Below are positions 1-12,145 of a stretch of 64,000 nucleotides of DNA, one piece after another. The notes below the pieces were generated by a model, which made no database searches, had not been told where the DNA came from, and saw nothing but the letters and a program-made list of their open reading frames with translations. Source of the DNA: Chiloscyllium plagiosum (taxonomy: Eukaryota); contig NC_057750.1 of NCBI RefSeq assembly GCF_004010195.1, forward strand, positions 17,302,680 through 17,366,679, read 5' to 3'. The number at the start of each line of letters is the position of its first letter. Positions within the stretch are counted from its first letter, which is position 1. A program made the position numbers and the translations under genes.

Positions 1-336
1 AAGGATGAGGGGTGACTTGATGGAGGTTTATAAGATGATCAGAGGAATAGATAGAGTAGACAGTCAGAAACTTTTTCCCCGGGTACAACAGAGTGTTACA
101 AGAGGACATAAATTTAAGGTGAAGGGTAGAAGGTATAGGGGAGATGTCAGGGGTGGGTCCTTTACCCAGAGAGTGGTGGGGGCATGGAATGCGCTGCCCG
201 TGGGAGTGGTAGAGTCAGAATCATTGGTGACCTTTAAGCGGCAATTGTATAGGTCTTTAATCTAGGTTAGAAGTTCGGCACAACATCGTGGGCCGAAGGG
301 CCTGTTCTGTGCTGTATTGTTCTCTGTTCTATGTTC
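1..336 (+). mobile_element. CR1 LINE 3' end (ORF2 C-terminus plus 3' UTR/tail)
   Basis: RGDLMEVYKMIRGIDRVD...TRGHKFKVKG...FTQRVVGAWNALP is the CR1 ORF2 C-terminus; followed by gggccgaagggcctgt and a ttctatg-type tail. Confidence 0.9.
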
Positions 337-399
337 TAACATTCCCATCATTCTGCCTAGTGATCGTGCTGCGCTCTCTCTCTCTCTCTATGGAAAGTA

Positions 400-1255
400 T
401 AACCTTCCTGAGGCAAGGGGCCAGAACTGTACTCAGTACTCTGACTGTGGTCTCACAGTAATCTATTCAGCTGAAGCAGGATTCTTTGCCCCAACAGCTC
501 TCCGTGGCAAGGAGTTCCAAGGGATCAAAACCCTATGAAGTAGGAATTCCTCCTCATCAAGGAATTACATTGACATCCCTTTGTTCTGAGACTATGCCCT
601 CTCATCCTAAAGTCTCCCATGAGAGGAATCATCCTCTCAGCAGTAACCCTGTCAAGCCCCTTAAGCATCCTGTGTTTTTCAATCACCTCTCATTCTTCTA
701 AATTCCAATGAATAGAGTCCTAATCGGTTCAACCTTTGCTCATAAGACAATCCCCCATAACAGGGATCATCCTTGTGAACTTCCTTTGAACTGTCTCCAG
801 TGAAATTATATCTTTCCTTAAACAAGAGGACCGAAGCTGCTCACAGTACTCCAGAGAAATGTTACAATTGGACCCCAAATCCAAACCACTAATGAAGATA
901 GTGAATGGCTGGGAGCCAAGCACCGCTCCTTGTGGTGCCCTGCTGATCAGAGCCTGACAACTTGAGAATGAGCCATTTATTCATACTGTCTGCTTTCTCG
1001 CCTGCATGAGGATAGAGTATTTTACCCCCAATCCCATGTGCTTTAATTTGTTTACAAACCTTCTGGGTGGGACTTTATCAAAAGCCTTCTGATAATCCAA
1101 GTACACCAAATCCATTGGTTCCTTCTTATTGACTCTGGTATTAACAGCCTTAAAAAAAACTCTATCATGTTTGTCAAATATGATTTCCCCTTCATTCAGT
1201 CTAATCAGATAGTTATTTTGTCAGTATCCAGTAACCATATTTTTTATGATAGATT
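400..1255 (-). mobile_element. Degraded CR1 LINE fragments (RT and C-terminal region)
   Basis: Minus-strand remnants such as LEYCEQ..S.CLRKDIISLETVQRKFTRMIP and LGSQPFTIFI. Confidence 0.75.
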
Positions 1256-1299
1256 TTACTGTGGTGGGTAACTCGTCTCCTGACTGCCCAAACCTGTTT

Positions 1300-1935
1300 A
1301 CCATTACAAAACATAAGTCGGGAGTGTGATGGAATATTCCCCACCTGTCTGGGTGGGGGCAACTCCAACAACACCAAAGAAGCTTGACTCCATCCAGGAC
1401 AAAGCAGCCCACTTGATTGCTACCACATTGACAGAGGTCCACTCCCTCAGTTACCGACACTCCGTAGCAACAGTGTGCATTATCTACAAAATGCACTGCA
1501 TTAACTCACCAAAACTCCTTAGCACCTTCCAAACCCACAACCACTTCCATCGAGACAGACATGGACAGCAAATACCTGGGAACACCTCCACCTGCAAGTT
1601 CCCCTCCAAACCACTCACCATTCTATATTGCCATTCCTCCAGTGTCGCTGGGTGAAAACTCTAATTCCTCCTTAAGGGCTTTGAGGGTCAACCTGTAACA
1701 GGTAGGCTTCCACTGTTTAAGAAGGCAGCTCACTATCACCTTGTCAAGGACAACTAGAATTAGAATTTAGGGAACTACGGAAATGGGCTGGAAAATGGGG
1801 CTAGCTCAGTAACTCTTTTGGGAGCTTATCCAGGCACTATGGGTTGAATAGCCTCCTATACTGTAAAATTCTAAAATTCTAACTAAGGATGGGCAATAAA
1901 TGGTGCCAATGAGCCACGTCCACATCCTTTTAGTG
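1300..1935 (+). mobile_element. CR1/L2-clade LINE 3' fragment (second family)
   Basis: ORF MEYSPPVWVGATPTTPKKLDSIQDKAAHLI...SVATVCIIYKMHC, typical post-RT region, followed by aaggcagctcac...ggatgggcaataaa tail also seen at ~12280-12380; related copy at ~48900-49290. Confidence 0.7.
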
Positions 1936-1949
1936 AATAAAAAATACAT

Positions 1950-4330
1950 TTCCCTATGACTGACATCAGGTAATAGTTTCCCTGTTTTCCCTCTCCCTGT
2001 TTTAAACCATAGGATTAAGTTTTCAACTTTGCAATCTGCAGGCACTGTTATAGAAGTAAAGGAATTTTGAAAGATGATCACAGTACACCGACCATCTCTA
2101 TAGCCATCTTCTTTCAACACTCTGGGGTGAAGGTCATCAACTCCAACTTCCACTCCCATTTATTTCTCCAATGCTACATTTTACTGAGACTAATTTATTT
2201 CAGTTCCACACACTCACTAATTCCTTGGATCTTAATTACTTCAGGGCCATATCTTGTGTTTTTCTCTGTGAAGACAAACACAAAATAAATATTTAACTTC
2301 TCTGCCATTTCTCCATTTCCTATTATAAATTCTCCTGTTTCTGATGTAATGGATCCAGATTTGCTTTTGCTTTTGAAAATTTTTTACATACCTAATTTTA
2401 CAGTCTGTTTTTTACGTTTCTTGCTATTTTAAATTTCTGTCCTATTCTCTCTTTCTTTATCAATATTTTTGATCCTCTTTTGCTAAATTCTAAAATTCTT
2501 CCAAACTTCAGGATTATAGCATTTTTTGTCAAATTTTTGGACTTCTTCCTTTGATCAAATATTGTCTTGAACTTTCATTGTTAGCCATGTCCCTTTCACC
2601 TTTCCTGTTGGGTATTTTTGCCTCAAAGGAATGTATGTACAAACATTAACTTTAAATGTGAGCCATTGCTTATCTACTAGTAAACTTCTGATGTACTTTT
2701 CTAATCCTGTAAGTCACTAGTTCCAGATTGAATTACATCTTTTTGAAGCATAATGGAAAATTCTCTCAAACTATAGTCACTGTTCCTTAAAGGTGTTTTA
2801 CAAAAATATTATTAATCAGCCCTTTCACATTTCATAATACTACTCACCTGTTCTCTAATTGGTTCCTCAATATATTACTCCATTTTGTATAAACTCCAAG
2901 AATTATTTCTCCACAGCATTGCTGTTCATCAGGTTTACCCACTCTATGTGGAAGTTCAGGTCACCCATTACGTTTGCTAGATGCACCTCGATTTCTTGGT
3001 ATGTATCTTGCTCAAGATTACACAGCTGTTTAGTGGTTCAGAAACCACACCGAACAATGTTTACAACCACTTGCATTTCCTTGGCTCCACCCAAACAAAT
3101 TCTACACCCTCTTTTCCCTATTGAAGATTCTATGTCACTATAGCACATATCCCATCAGATTCCACCCTTTATTAGCAGCACTGCCCCACCTCATTTTCCT
3201 TTTCAGCTGTCTTCCTGAAGGTTGACTTGCAGTTCCCAGTCTTGGTCTTCCTGCAGCCATATCTCGTAATGCCAATTAAATCATAGCCTCTTACTTCTAC
3301 AAGTGCCCTTAATTCAGATATCTTGTTGCAAATGCTGCCTGCATTCAGATAGAATGCTTTTAATTTTGCTTTGTACAGTCTTGGTCTTCCTGCAGCCATA
3401 TCTCGTAATGCCAATTAAATCATAGCCTCTTACTCTACAAGTGCCCTTAATTCAGATATCTTGTTGCAAATGCTGCCTGCATTCAGATAGAATGCTTTTA
3501 ATTTTGCTTTGTCAAACATTAGTTTAGGTTGTTTGTCGGACTGTTACTTTCCACATTAACTTCCAGCTTTTCTACTTCTCATAATGAGCTTTGCTTTTAT
3601 TCTACCCAAATTATATCTTGGGTTTCCATCACAGAAAGTTTAAACCCTCCCGTACAGTACTGGCAAACCTCCCTACACAGTTCGTCCCAGTTCTGCTAAG
3701 GTGTAACCCATCCTCCTTGTGTAGGTATCACCTGCCCAGAACTGATCCCAGTGCTCCAGAAATATAAAGACCTCCCTCCTGCTCCATTTTTCCAGCCACA
3801 TGTTGACACGTGGCCCTGGGAGCAACCCTGAGATTACTGCTCTAGAGATCCTGCTTTTCAGTCTCTTGCTGACTTCCCCAAATTTTAATTTCAGGATATC
3901 ATTCCTCTTTCTACCTGTGGTGTTGATGCTAATGTGGACCATGATCTCTGGCACTCCTCAAAGGAATGTCTGCAGTGTTTGTGTAACATCCTTGACCCTA
4001 GCTTCACAAAGCCAGCACACCAGACTGGAGACATGTCCAGAGCCACAGAAGCACTTGTTTGGTCCCTTAACTGTTGAATCACTGACCATTGTAGCCTTTC
4101 CATTCTTCCTTTTATCTTCCCAATGTACAGCTGAGCAGTTTCAGTGCCACAGGCTTGGTTTTTGCTACGTTTTCTGATGGACCATAGCCATTACCAATAC
4201 AGTATTAAAAATGAAAAACTGGTTAGTGAGTGGGATAGACTCAGGGGATTTCTGGTCATTCTAGCCTACCTAACGATGGCCCATTCCTACTTGGTCTGAA
4301 TTTGTTGTGAGACCAATTTGATAAACACAT
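1950..4330 (-). mobile_element. Old CR1 LINE with ORF2 endonuclease/tether and ORF1 esterase remnants
   Basis: Minus-strand KLKAFYLNAGSICNKISELRA...YDLIGIT (APE endonuclease start) and ISGLLP...VNMWLEKWSRREVFIFLEHWDQFW (CR1 ORF1 SGNH-esterase-like); contains a ~138-bp tandem duplication (3237-3374/3376-3512). Confidence 0.8.
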
Positions 4331-4576
4331 TATCCATGTAGTCATGAGTTTCATAAATAAACAGCCATCACTCGAACTTCAAAACCCTGACATCAAGTGT
4401 TTGCACTTGGAAGCATTCTGCACGTGTGATCATGGAGGACACATGAATCAGCCACAACTCCACACATGGCACAGAACAAGCTATCCACCTAGCCAAGCTG
4501 TCCTGCCATGTATTATGTCTACTCTCAGACTATTTACTTGAAAAACCATTTGATCCATCATGCATGGGTCAATTTT

Positions 4577-4679
4577 GGGTGGCATGGTGGCTCAGTGGTT
4601 AGCAATGCTGCCTCACAGAATCAGGGACCCAGGTTCAATTCCAGCCTCCGATGACTGTCTGTGTGGAGTTTGCACATTC
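4577..4679 (+). mobile_element. HE1/V-SINE, 5' (tRNA-derived head) fragment
   Basis: ggtggctcagtggttagc (A box) ... ggttcaattcc (B box) ... tgtgtggagtttgcacattc; same as full copies elsewhere in window. Confidence 0.85.
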
Positions 4680-5039
4680 ATTTGAACATGAACTGCTTCA
4701 GTATGTGAGGAGTTATAATTGAATAGAATAAAATAAAGCAATTTATTGTCACATGTGTTTTTGCAAAGAAAAACAGTGAAAAGCTTTGAAATTCACCATA
4801 CCATGGCACCTGGATTAATAACAGAAGTCATAGGTAAGAAAAATTAAGTTAAAATTAAGACAGTGTTCATCTCAGATCAATTTCACTTGGGGAAAAGTTG
4901 GTTTAGATGAACAATGCTGGAATATCAGGAAGCCACCATTGAAGAATACCTCCACATTAGGAAAAGACCGCCAAACCTGGAGACCACCACGCCAAGCCGA
5001 GACCATCCCTCTGGGACAAGGCTGAAATGGTACAGGAAC

Positions 5040-5470
5040 ATTGCGCAATCATCGGCGAACATCCCCACTTCTGACCTTATGATGGAGGGAAGGTCATTGA
5101 TGAAGCAGCTGATGATGTTTGGGCCCAGGGTGAGAAACTCTTGCAGATATGTCCTGGAGCTGAGATGACTGACCTCCAACAACCACAACCATCTTCGTAT
5201 GTGTCAGGTATGACTCCAACCACCAGAGGGTTTGCCCTCTGATACCCATTGACTCCGGTTTTGCTAGGGCTCCTTGATACCACACTCGGTTAAATGCAGC
5301 CTTGATGTCAAGGGCTGTCACTCTCACCTCACCTCTGGAATTCAGCTCTTTTGTCCATGTTTGAACCAAGGCTGTAACAAGGTCAGGAGCTGAGTGGCTC
5401 TGACGGAACCCAAACTGGGCATCACTGGGCAGGTGCTGCTTAGTAGCACTGTCGATGACACCTTCCATCA
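5040..5470 (-). mobile_element. LINE reverse-transcriptase fragment (CR1/L2 clade)
   Basis: QFGFRQSHSAPDLVTALV...ALDIKAAFNRVW and LGP.I.SCFINDLP...MFADDC RT motifs on the minus strand, frameshifted. Confidence 0.9.
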
Positions 5471-5649
5471 GTTTAGCTCAGTTGGCTGGATGGTTGCTTT
5501 GCGAAGCAGTGTGATGCTGATACTGTGATACACTTCCCATATGAGCTGAGATTACCATGGAACGGCTGTCCTTTTCACCTCTTCCCTCGCCTGAGGTGAG
5601 AGAATTCCAAAGGGTCATAAGTAAATAAGTCCTTAAAATTATTAACCCC

Positions 5650-6212
5650 TTCATGTTACAGTTGTATAGGACTTCTGTTTGGCTGCATTTGGGACACTGC
5701 ATACAGTTCTGGTTGCCACATTACCAAAAGGATGTGGATGTTTTGGAGAGGGTGCAGAGGAGGTTCACCAGGATGTTGCCTGGTATGGAGGGTGCTAGCT
5801 GTGAAGAGAGGTTGAATAGATTAGGATTATTTTCATTAGAAGGACAGAGATTGAGGGGGGGGGGGCTGACTGAGGTCTACAAAATCATGAGAGATATAGA
5901 CAGGGTGGATAGCAAGAAGCTTTTTCTCAGAGTGTGGAACCCAATTGGTAGGGGTCACAAGTTCAAAGTGAGAGAGGAAAGGTTTAGGGGAGATATGCGT
6001 GGAAAGTTCGTTATGCAGAGGATGGTGAGTGCCTGGAACGTGTTGCCAGCGGAGGTGGTAGAGAAGGGCAGAATAGCATCATTTAAGATGTGTCTAGACA
6101 GATACATGAATGGGCAGGAAGCAAAGGGATACAGACCCTTAGAAAATAGGCGACAGGCGACAGAGGATCTGGATCAGTGCAGGCTTGGAGGACCGAAGGG
6201 CCTGTTCCTGTG
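5650..6212 (+). mobile_element. CR1 LINE 3' end
   Basis: LQLYRT.V..HL.HCIQFWLPHYQKDVDVLERVQRRFTRMLPG...RGHKFKVR...AWNVLP then gaccgaagggcctgtt tail. Confidence 0.9.
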
Positions 6213-7237
6213 CCCTGCAAAGTCCCTCCAGAATCTCATGCGCTTCATCTCCTTGTGATGGATGCCAGTCACAGAGTCAGAACCTTGAGGAAGTTACTGG
6301 CTCTCTATCATCAATTGAAATTGAATTTTCAGCAGATAGCCCTGAGAATGTGCAAGTAATTATGATATTCTGCCAGAATGTTGAAGCCTTTACTGACTCT
6401 GTATCATCACAGATTCTGTACCTGTTGTTACCCCATGTACGGCGGGGGGGGGGGGGTCAGCATTTCAGGATCTCAGCAGAAGTTGTATCATGAGACATCT
6501 TGAAGGAAGTTGGCCACTGGACAGCCCAGAGAGTTTCCGAATCTGCAAATATTATATTTTCAAAAGCAACAGGATTGTATTTAAGTAACATTCAAAACTC
6601 TAATTTGAAGATCCCCGTTGCTCTCTGGCAAGACCATACTGCAGGAGCAGGCAGTATAACTTTAATTGCTCCACAGGGCTATTGGGGAGACTTGGACATG
6701 GGTATAAAGGTGCACATAGCCTGGAAAGCTGCAGAGTATATTTCTTGTTAATTGACACTAGTGTGCACTCTGCAGAGATTGGCTGGTCACCTCACAATCT
6801 GCTGGATTTTCATGCTGCATCAATTCTCTGCTCCTGACTCCAGCTTCGAACCTCCTGGAGATTGAGTGGCAGCCAGGTCTCATCGATCTTTGTGTCCAAT
6901 ATTTTGAATTGAATTTTCAGCAGATAGCTCCGAAAATGTGGAGGTAATTATGGAATTCTGTCAGAACCTTGAGGAAGTTACTGGCTCTCTATCATCAACT
7001 GCAATTGAATTTTCAGCAGATAGCCCTGAGAATGTGCAAGTAATTATGGAACTCTGCCAGAATGTTGAAGCCTTAACTGACTCTGTATCATCATGCTGTA
7101 TTCTGTTTGGCCAATTCTATTAACTTTCTCTGTTTTATTGTTAGTACATGAGGACCCAGCACAATATGTTGCAAGTTTGTAAATTATTCTTTGTAATTTG
7201 GAGAACAGAACTTGTTCCAAATAGAAACCAAGAAGAA

Positions 7238-7630
7238 AGATTTGCATTTATATAACGCTTTTCAAAACCTTAAGGAAACGCAAACTGCTTCATAGTCAAT
7301 TGAGTACTCTGAAACTTGTCCCCGTTGCAATGTAGGGAATCGTGATAATTAATTTCTGTAAAGCAACTTGACACGTGCAATAATAGGATAAGTTGTTGGA
7401 TCATCTGTTTCAGTGAGTTTGGTTGAAGGGTACATTTTGGGGGAGAACTTGTCTACCCTTCAACATAATGCTGTGGGATCTTTCATCCCCCTCACCTGAG
7501 AAGACGCCAGAGCCCAGGTTTAACAGCATTTTCCAGATACAGCACTCCCAATGTTGCAACATTCCCAATGCATAGGGACTTGCTTTCAGTATCTGGTGTG
7601 CATCTGGAACCCACAACTTGGAGGCAGATG
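7238..7630 (-). mobile_element. Deu-domain SINE (SacSINE1/AmnSINE1-like)
   Basis: Begins ttgcatttatataacgctttt and contains atctgtttcagtg..gttggttgaaggg, tgggatcttt..cacctgag, ggtttaac; matches my recollection of the Deu-SINE body in reverse. Similar copies at ~47250-47630, ~50830-50935, ~62480-62880. Confidence 0.65.
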
Positions 7631-8137
7631 CTCCTGATGAGAATCTCATTTATTGTGGCATTCTCCTGCCTTTTCCTGTAAGCTTGCACATTCTTCCTTT
7701 TCAGACAACAGTTTACTGTAATTCCCTTTTAAACAACCTGATTGAATCTGCCTCCACCACAGTCTCAGGTAGTGCAATCCAGACTTGCTCCTTTTGCCAA
7801 TTACAGTTTCTCCCTCTCTACTCTGTCCCAACCCTGCATGATTTTGAACACTGCCGTCAAATCTCTCAGCTATTTTTTCTCCAAGAGAAACAATCCCAGT
7901 TTCTCTGATTGATCTTCATAACTGAAGTTCCTCATCCCTGGAACCATTATCAGAAACCTATTCTATAATCTCTCCAGTGCCTTCCCAACATTCCTAAAGT
8001 GTGACATCCAGAACACAATGCTCCATTTTTATTTTGAAAGTAGGCGGGACAGCTTAGTAAAGAGTTAGTAAAGTATATCAGACAGTGGACATATATTCCT
8101 TATTTGTAAATGGAATTTGGGCATGCAGTAAAATCTT

Positions 8138-8450
8138 GCACGGTGGCTCAGTGGTTAGCACTGCTGCCTCACAGCACCAGGGTCCCAGGTTTGATTCCAG
8201 CCTCGGGTGACTGTCTGTGTGGAGTTTGCACATTCTCCCCGTGTCTGTGTGGGTTTCCTCCGGGTGCTCTGGTTTCCTCCCACGGTCCAAAGATGTGCAG
8301 GTTAGGGTGGATTGGTCATGCTACCTTGCCCTTAGTGTTAACTGCATTAATCAGAGGGAAATGGGTCTGGGTGAGTTACTCTGGGGAGGATCGGTGTGGA
8401 CTTGTTGGGCCGAAGGGCCTGTTTCCACGCTGTAGGGGAATCTAATCTAA
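8138..8450 (+). mobile_element. HE1/V-SINE
   Basis: tRNA-like head, V-domain (gtgtggagtttgcacattctccccgtgtctgtgtgggtttcctccggg), CR1-like tail gggccgaagggcctgtttcc ending in (aatct)n. Confidence 0.92.
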
Positions 8451-8864
8451 CTATATTCAGTGTTTCAAGATTGCTCCAGAGCATGGCAACACTTTGTGTT
8501 TTGCACAAGGAAAAAAGCACTTTTCACTGTATCTTTATATTTATGTGACAGTAAATCTAAATCTAATTGCCCTTTGACAATGATAGGTCATTTCAGAAGC
8601 AGCATGTACACCAGACCAGGTAAGGCTGACAAATTTCCCTCCTTAAAAGGATATTAGTGAACTATATGAGATTTAATGATGATCAACAATGGTTACTGTT
8701 AGGCCAGTTTTTTTACTCAATTCAAAAATCTGCCCTAGTAGGTTTGGATTACTAGAACATTGAGGTTACCACTCCACCACTGCACTCCTGATCTTTACTG
8801 TCCATTTGAGCAGGAAGAGGGACCTCTGTTCAACAAGTCAGCTGTCAGCTCTCACAGAGCAATG

Positions 8865-9630
8865 ACTCTCCAACAGGGCAGCCATCCCTTTGCACTGACT
8901 CTCTGACAGTGCAGGATTCTCCTGGCACTGATCCTTTGGCAGTGCGGCCCTCCCCTGGAGCAGACCCTCACACAGTGTGGTCCTCCCTTGGAGTGGACCC
9001 TCACACGGTTTTGCCCTCCCTTGGAGCAGACCCTCACACAGTGCAGCCCTCCCCTGGCACTGACCCTCACACAGTGCGGCCCTCCCCTGGTACTGACCCT
9101 CATACAGTGTGGCCCTCCCTTGGAGCGGACCCTCACACAGTGCGGCCCTCGCCTGGTACTGACCCTCACACAGTGTGGCCCTCCCTTGGAGCGGACCCTC
9201 ACACAGTGTGGCCCTCCCCAGTACTGACCCTCACACAGTGCAGCCCTCCCCTGGAGCGGACGCTCAAACAGTGCGGCCCTCCCCTGGAGCAGCCACTCAC
9301 ACAGTGCGGCCCTCCCCTGGTACTGACCCTCACATGGTGCGACCCTCCCCTGGCACTGACCCTTACACAGTGAGACCCTGCCCTGGCACTGACCCTCACT
9401 CAGTGCGGCCCTCCCCTGGAGCGGACACTCACACAGTGCGGCCCTCCCCGGCACTGACCCTCACACAGTGAAACCCTCCCCGGCACTGACCCTCACACAG
9501 TGAAACCCTCCCCGGCACTGACCCTCACACGGTGCAGCCCTTCCCTGGTACTGACCCTCACACAGTGAGGCCCTCTGCTGGCACTGAGCCTCCGACATTG
9601 CAATACCCCATCAGGACTGTGCTGAAGTGC
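8865..9630. repeat. 33-bp minisatellite (actgaccctcacacagtgcggccctcccctggc), ~20 copies
   Basis: Direct inspection; 11-aa periodicity in overlapping ORFs. Confidence 0.92.
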
Positions 9631-10252
9631 CTGAAGGAACTTTGGGGGAGAGGTATACAAAGCTATGTAAGTATAGCTTTTTGTAAATTCATTCCATAGG
9701 AGATAATATCATTAGTGAGGGTATCATTTTGACCAGTTACCCTCGAGAAGGTGATAGTCGTGAGCCATCCTTTTGAAATCATGCAGTTGATTGAGTGAAA
9801 GGACACTGATAGTGCTGTTAATGAATCTTGATACAGCGACAGTAGAAGAATAACAATATGTGTCCAAATCGGGAGGGGGCATGACTTCAAGGTGATGGTC
9901 TTGCTTTGTGCCTACTGTCCTTTGACCTTCAAAGCCATAGAGGCCGTAGGTTCATGAGATGTTAACAAAACACTCAAAGGGACTGTGCCTGAGGTAAATA
10001 ATGCTCTATGAGAGTCAATTTCTTCTACAGTTCTACTTGTAAACGCATCTTTCAAACTATAATATCAAAGGTTCCATGGCAATGACCATGTCATTCAGGT
10101 TCCTGAACACCACTTTACCCAATAAGCCAACTCCCTTTAAAAACCAGTATAAATGGAACACATGCTTACAGGTTGAAGTTGAAGGGCAGAAAGAGAAAGT
10201 TTCCACACAGCTCCCTTTTGAACTTCCAACAAGTTCAAGACTGAACTAAAAC

Positions 10253-10379
10253 TGCTTTCAGAGTGCTGCTCCTTCATCAGATGGTTGTAACCACCTAATG
10301 AAGGAGCAACGCTCCGAGAGCTAGTGCATCCAAATAAACCTGTTGGATTATAACCTGGTGTTGTGGATTTTTAACTTTG
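10253..10379. mobile_element. Partial foldback element (family A) with degenerate hammerhead cores
   Basis: ctttcagagtgctgctccttcatcag...cctaatgaaggagcaacgctccgagagctagtg...ataaacctgttggattataacctggtgttgtg, same family as 28266-28478. Confidence 0.75.
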
Positions 10380-10559
10380 ATTACTTTAGCTTTCTTTGCT
10401 CTTGGAGAATAAGCCCAGTTTCCCAAATCTATACATCACTGTAATTCCTCATCTCCAGAACCATTCATGTAAATTTCTTCAGTATCCTCTCTGAAGTTTC
10501 TAAGTCCTTCTTAAGATGTGGTGTTAAGATTTGGTCACAAGACTCCAGCTAAAGCAAAA

Positions 10560-12145
10560 GATTGTTTTGAAAACATGGTAGGATTTAATATTCAGTTTGA
10601 GGGGAAGGAATTTGGGTCAGAAGCAACTATATTAAGTTTAAATAAAGATAATTACAAAGGGATGAGCAGAGGACTGGCAAAGGATTTTAGCAGCAAAGAG
10701 GAATAATAGCAGATGTTTAAGAAAATAATTCATGGCTCATAGTAAAGTCATATTCCAGTTGTTATGGACTAAGCCAGGCCTCTCAAAACCTTCTTCAGCA
10801 GGCAGCTCAGACAATAACTTTGTAATTTGTTTCAGTAAGTGTACAGTGAAAATTACCCAGATTAAGTTAGCCACTAGATTTTAAAACAGACAAGAATTTA
10901 TTTACAAAATTACATAATGAAATACAAAGAACAAAATAAAGAACCCTTACAGAATTCAACCTATCCAGCTAGACTTAATTATGCTGTTCCGAATGTACAC
11001 AACAGTCCCCAATAAGCAAACTCCCTTTAAATACCAGTACAAATGGAACATATGCTTACAGGTTGAGGTTGAAGGGCAGAAAAGAGAGAGTTTCCACACA
11101 GCTCCCTGTTGAACTTCCAACCAGTTCAAGACTGAACTAAAACTGCTCAGCTCAGCTCGAGAGCTGACCACTCCCCTTTCATTATACAGGTCACTTCTAA
11201 AACATGACCACTTTGGCCTGAAGTCTCACCTGTTTACATATAAACAAAAGGCCTCTCGAAATCATTTTCATCTCGGTACCAAACCAGACTGATCAGAGCC
11301 CGGCCTGGTTTGTTGCCACTTTGGAAAAAAAATCAAGGACAGGGTCTCCTTGAGCCAAGGAACAGCTTTTAGGGAAAAAAGGGACCAACTTTGTAACACA
11401 GTGAGGAATAAGGATTAGAATGTGAAAAGGGATAATCCAACCATGTCAGGCAAATTAAGGATATACAATTTGGCAATGGTAAACCAGAGAATTGGGAATG
11501 TTTAAAAAAACGACAACCAAAAAAAAGGGAGGAAATAAACATTGAGGGTAAACTTACAAGTAATATTGAGTTGGACAGCAAAAGCTTCTTTAAACATGTT
11601 AAAAAGGGCGGAGCCAAAGCAAACATTGGCCCCTCAGAAAATGAGGCTGGGGAAAAGATAATGGAAAAGAATCAAAAGATAGAGGAGTTAAATAAATATG
11701 TTGCATTAGCTTTTATCCTAGAATAGAGTAATATTCCAAAATTACTAAATATTCAAGAGGCAAAAGGTGGAGAGAAAATAAATGCAATAACTATTACTAG
11801 AGAAAATGTGCTAGGGGAAATAATGGGGCTAGAATCCACCTGGACCTGATGGACATTAAAGGAAGTCAGAGGCAATGGATGTACTGGTGGTAAAATTCCA
11901 AGAATCTTGAGATTCTGGAAAAGTCCTAGAGGAATGCACATTTAAGACAGAGATGAGGACAAATGTATTCTCTCAGAACATTGTGAATCTGTGGAATCTG
12001 CAGTGGGCTGTTGAGGCAAGGGCATTAAGTACATTCAAAGTTGAGGTAGGCAGATGATTAATCAGTGAGGAAATCAAGGGTTATGTGGAAAAGACAAGAA
12101 AATGGCATTGAGGAATATCCTCCTACATCTCCTTATGGTCTTACA
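10560..12145 (+). mobile_element. Degraded CR1 LINE fragments interrupted by a solo LTR
   Basis: CR1 tether-like remnants (ILSLNKDNYKGM; aaaagcttctttaaacatgttaaaa; gaggagttaaataaatatgttgca) and a 3' end near 11950-12145. Confidence 0.6.
10760..11398. mobile_element. Solo LTR (Gypsy-like), 639 bp
   Basis: Termini TGTTA...TAACA flanked by a perfect 4-bp TSD CAGT (10756-10759 and 11399-11402). Confidence 0.85.

Noticed and set aside
8852..9471. Long ORFs on both strands (up to 200 aa)
   Set aside because: Products of a stop-poor 33-bp tandem repeat, open in several frames.
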